DNA of 64,000 nt, from the NCBI GenBank assembly GCA_014905635.1, contig JABVCE010000013.1:868001-932000 (forward strand). Direction: 5' to 3'. A program made the position numbers and the translations under genes. Below, piece after piece: positions 60,001 to 64,000 of this stretch; the stretch's first letter is position 1; the number at the start of each line of letters is the position of its first letter. The notes under the pieces are model-generated. The model worked only from the letters and a program-made list of their open reading frames with translations, ran no database searches and was not told where the DNA came from. Origin of the DNA: Scenedesmus sp. PABB004 (lineage: Eukaryota).

Positions 60001-60978
60001 GCCGGGCCCGCCCGCCGCGGGGGCTGTTTTGAGCGCGCGCCGCGCACGTCCACATGCGCGCGCGCGGCGCCGGCGGAACGCATAGCTGGTGCTTGACGAC
60101 AGACGGACGGCCGGCGGCCTTGCATAAGGGCCGCACTCTTGACCCTCACACGGCGCCGCCGGGCGTGCGGCGCGCAGCAGCCGCGCGCCCGGCGGCGCAT
60201 GACCGCCTGCGGGCGCTCGGCGGCGGCGGCGGACGGCAGGCGGCGCGCGTCGGCCGGCCGCCCGTGGTGCGTGCATCTACCCACCCTCCCCTGCCGCACC
60301 AGGGGCGGCCGGCGCGGCGCGACGCCGCCGGCCGCCGAGCTTAGCTTCGGCGTCGGGGCTCGGCTCGAGACGCAGGCAGGGCGCCGTGCGTGCGCGCGGC
60401 GGGGCTGCACATGTGCATTGATTGCGGCGCGTGTTTTGTGTTTGGTGTGTGTCCGCGTGCGCTCGCGGCACGTGCGCGCGGCAGCAGCGGCGGCAGCAGC
60501 GGCGGCAGGAGCACTGCACTCGGCGTGGGGGCTGCAGGCGCGGCGGCAGGATGGGGCCGGACTGGCGGACGCGCGGCGGCTGCTGAGACGGGCCGCGCCC
60601 TCTGGCGGCGGCGGGATGACTGGGCGGCTGCCCGGCCGCGTAACGAGTGCATTCATTCATCCGGCGAGCGCGGCGTTACTCGGTCAGCGCATGCGCGCCG
60701 CCCAGCCACGAGCCGGCCCGGTCACGCGCCCTCGCCGCCCGCTCGGCGGCCAGCGCTAGCCGCAGCGCGGCCCAGCACGCGCGCAGCAGGCCCTCCCCTA
60801 GACAGCCGTTGCGCGCAGCGCGCGGCGCCGCCGGTGCGCGCCGGGCGTGTTCGCTCGCGCCCGCCCGCGCGCTCAGCCGCCCCTCCTACTATGACGCCCC
60901 CGCCGCGGCGCCGCCGCCGCGGCGCGCGCGCAAGCCCTCACAGCCCTCGAGCCTCTCTCAGCCCCTCAGCCCTCCCGC

Positions 60979-63410
60979 TCAGAGCTTGCCCTGCTGAGCG
61001 AGGCCGTCCCTGAAGGCCTCGATCACGAGCGCCACGTTGGCAGGCGTGGCGTTGTAGCCCATGATGCCGATGCGCCACACCTTGCCCGCGGTCGGGCCGA
61101 GCCCGCCGGCAATCTCGAGGTTGTACCTGCGCCCGGGCGCGGCGCGGCGCGGCGGTGAGCGCGGCGGTCAGCGCGGCGCCGACGCGGGCAGCGCGGGCGC
61201 GGCGGTGGCGGCGCGTCGCGGCGTCGCACTTGTCCATCGCGTTCTTGACGACCGCCGCCCAGTCGACGCCGTCCGGGATCTTGATCGTGTTGACAGTGAT
61301 GAGCCTGGCGGCGGCGGCGCGGCGCGGCGCGGCGCTCGGCGGCGCCCGGCGACCGCGCGCGCGCGCTCGCGCGCTGCCGTGCACCCAGGCGTGCGGCGCC
61401 GCCGGCGCGCCGGTCACCTGTCGGCGTCGTTCTCAACAAACGGCTTCAGGCCCAGCTTGCTCAGCCCCTCCCACAGCTGCTGGTGGCCCGCGAGGTGCCG
61501 CGCCCTGCGCGCGCCGCGGCGGCGGCGTGAGGCGCGCCGCGGGGCGGGGCGTGGGGGCCTCGGGCGAGCGCCCGTGCGGCGGCAGCGGCGGCGCGTGACG
61601 CCCGCGCACCAGAGGTTGTCCAGGCCCTCCTCCGCCACGATGGCCAGCGCCTCGCGCATGGCGTACATCGTGGAGACCATGCCGGTGTGGTGGTAGCTGC
61701 GCTTGCCAAACCAGCCCCAGTAGTCGCCTGCGCGCGGCGCGGGCGCGCGGCGGCGTCGGCCGGGCCGCCCCGCCCGCGCCCGGGCCCGAGCGCGGCGCGG
61801 CCCGAGCTGAGCAGAGCTGAGACTGCCGAGCTGAGCTGGGTTCGGGGTTAGGATCTAGGGGTGTAGGGGTGTAGGGTCTAGGGGTTTAGGGTCGAGGGGT
61901 TTAGGGTCTAGCAGCTCACCAATGAGGTTCATGTCGAGGTTGAACGTTGCCGGCTTGGTCGCCCGCGACTGCAGCTTCTCCATCGCCCGCTCGCTCATGA
62001 AAAAGGGCGCAGCGCCTGCGCCGACGACGCGCGGGGGCGCGCGCGGGCGAGACGCGGTGTTGAGGGCGCCGCCGCGCGCCGCGCAGCGCGACTGCCGCCG
62101 AGCGCCGGGCGACCCAGGTGCGCCGCGCGGCCCGCCCGCGCGCGCGCACCCGGCGGGCCGCTGAGGCACTTCTGGGAGCCGGAGTAGATGCAGTCCACGC
62201 CCCACGCGTCGGCAAAGAGCGGCACGCCGCCGAGGCTGCACACCGTGTCGACCAGCAGCAGCGTGCCGGTGCGGCGGCAGACCTCGCCGAGCCCCGCGAG
62301 CGACTGGTGCGTGCCCGTGCTGCTCTCGCCCTGGCAGAGGAAGAGGACCTTGGGCTTGTGCTGCTCCAGCGCGGCCGTGAGCTCGGGCAGGCTGAAGGTC
62401 TTGCCCGCGGGCACCTTCAGCTCAATCACGTCGCCTGCGGCGCGCGGTCAGGGGCCCCCCGCGCGCGCGGTCAGGCCCCCGCGCCGGCCACGCGCCGCCG
62501 CCGCCGGGCCAACGGCGCCCGCCGCGCCGCCCGCCGCGCCGCGCCCGCCGCGCTGCGCGCCGCGCGCGCACCGCCGTAGCGCGCCGAGAGGTCTGCCACG
62601 CGCTCGCCCCAGATGCCGGCGTTGCCGACGATGATCTTCTCCCCCGGCTCCAGCAGGTTGGCGATCGCGGCCTCCATGCCCGCGTGCCCCGTGCCCGACA
62701 CCATCAGCGTGTACTTGCTGTCCGTCTGGAAGACGTACCTGCGGCGCGGCCGCGCCGGCGGCGGCGCGTCGGCGCCCGCATCGGCCAGCCGAGGGCGGGC
62801 GAGGGCGGGCGGGCCGCCTTTCCAGCGCGCCTGCGCCGGCGCGGCGCGGCCGCGGCTCACCGCAGGCCCTCGCTGATCTCGTCCATTATCTTGAGGAAGG
62901 GCGGGTGCATGTGCCCCAGCAGCGGCAGCGCCTGCGCCGCCAGGATGCGCGGGTGCGCGTTGGCGGGCCCGGGGCCCATCAGCAGGCGCTGCGGCACCTG
63001 CGGGCGGGCGCCGGCCGGGGCGGCGGGCGGCCGGGCGGCGGCGGCGCGTGGGCGCGGCAGGGCGGTGCGAACGCCGCTGCGCCAGGGGCGTGGGGCGGCG
63101 GCGCCCGCCGTCGAGGCGGCGCGGCGCCCGCCGCCGCTGCTGCCGCGGCCAGCGCCGGCTGTGCGGCGCGTGCCGGGCGCGGGCGGCCCGCATCGAGCAC
63201 GGTGGGGCCGGCCCGAGTCGGGGGCGGCCAATGCGCCGCAATCGGGCACGCGCACGCCCACGCCGGCAAAGCCGCGCACACCTCCATCACGCTGCTCGCG
63301 GCGCGGTGCGCATTGCTCACGGTCCCAACCACCTCGCCCGCGCGAGCGGCGTGCGCGAAGGCGCGGGCGCCGAACGGCAGCAGCCGCGCCGCTGCTTGGC
63401 GGGCGGACAT
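60979..63410 (-). CDS. AGT: Alanine:glyoxylate aminotransferase (class V PLP enzyme), 8 GT-AG introns
   Basis: [54 protein letters not shown] (PLP Lys), YHHTG, EIAGGLG and WRIGIMG. It ends QQGKL*. Confidence 0.96.
61839..61911. repeat. Degenerate telomere-like repeats (TTTAGGG/TCTAGGG/TGTAGGG) in an AGT intron
   Basis: The sequence reads GGGGTTAGGATCTAGGGGTGTAGGGGTGTAGGGTCTAGGGGTTTAGGGTCGAGGGGTTTAGGGTCTAG and is preceded by GAGCTGA repeats. Confidence 0.75.
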
Positions 63411-63727
63411 CTTGCTGCGCCGGCTGCGGGTGACTGGCGGGCGGCGCGCCGGGGACGGAGGGGGCCGGCGGTGACGGGACCGCGGGCGCGGGCGCGGCGA
63501 GGGAGGCGCGCCGCCGCGCGGCGGCGGGCGGCGGCGGCGCAGGGCCCGGGCCGCTTGAACTGCCGCCGCCGCCGCAGGGCCCCCTGCGCGCGCCCGCTCT
63601 CCCGGTCTGCTCCTGCGCCGTCGTCGTCACGTGTCACGGCAGCCCCTCGCCCGCACGCCCGCAACAGCAGCAGACCCGCGGCCCCCCTCCCGCAGCAGCC
63701 CGCCCCCGCCCGATCGGGCCGCCCGCG

Positions 63728-64000
63728 ATGCTCTCCCGCGTCGCCGGCGCCCTGGTCGGCGCCTCGCACGGCGCCCCGGCGCTGCTGGCGGGCGGCGCGC
63801 CGCTGCAGCAGCAGGCGGTCGCCGCCGCTGCTGCGGGCGGCGCGTCGGGCCTCGCGACCAAGGCGACCCGCGCGGCGCCGCCCTACAAGGCCGCCGCGGC
63901 GGGCAAGGCGCCGCGCGGGCCCAAGGGCGGCGCCAAGAAGAAGGCCGGCCCGCCGCGCGCGGTCTCGGCGTACGCGTTTTTCATCAAGCAGCGTGCGACC
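63728..64000 (+). CDS. HMG-box protein with an organelle-presequence-like N-terminus, 3'-partial
   Basis: MLSRVAGALVG... (no acidic residues), a Lys-rich linker, and then PPRAVSAYAFFIKQ, which matches the HMG-box start PxxPxSAYxxF. The ORF runs off the window. Confidence 0.65.
   Translation, partial: MLSRVAGALVGASHGAPALLAGGAPLQQQAVAAAAAGGASGLATKATRAAPPYKAAAAGKAPRGPKGGAKKKAGPPRAVSAYAFFIKQRAT

Noticed and set aside
1..64000. Hundreds of long overlapping Arg/Ala/Pro-rich ORFs in the ORF track (for example 53073-57083, 42261-45386, 39780-42188)
   Set aside because: They are expected from the scarcity of stop codons at about 80% GC. They are off-frame or antisense shadows of the spliced genes.
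1..64000. Non-standard genetic code or selenocysteine readthrough
   Set aside because: Conserved proteins end at the expected positions with TGA, TAG or TAA, and no in-frame stop is needed within conserved exons.
1..64000. tRNA, rRNA, transposase or viral genes
   Set aside because: None was recognisable on either strand by inspection.

Overview
This is eukaryotic nuclear DNA with very high GC content (roughly 80% by eye). It is gene-dense, with short GC-rich spliceosomal introns of mostly about 70-150 nt, TGTAA polyadenylation signals and TTTAGGG-like repeats. Together these point to a chlorophyte green alga, probably Chlorophyceae (inference). The six-frame ORF track is mostly misleading because the genes are split, so I spliced them by hand. 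About 24 loci are present: CAP (5'-partial), SppA, a Ser/Thr kinase, a BI-1/LFG protein, a ubiquitin-like-RPS27a fusion, a secreted DUF5054/GH38-like protein, a KRE6/SKN1-type GH16, an ATM1-like ABCB, a truncated KAS pseudogene, Era, IVD, a guanylate kinase-SDR fusion, a chlorophyllase-like hydrolase, GH9, ASCC2, AGT, an HMG-box protein (3'-partial) and several hypothetical proteins. Main observations: (1) about 27 of about 121 hand-mapped introns (about 22%) use GC-AG borders, almost always after an exonic AG and with a GCGCG-type donor. (2) A myristoylation-motif guanylate kinase is fused to an SDR that lacks its catalytic Tyr. (3) RPS27a carries a 74-aa FUBI-like domain instead of ubiquitin. 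(4) Several single-base frameshifts are probably assembly errors. All splice models are manual and are not supported by RNA data.
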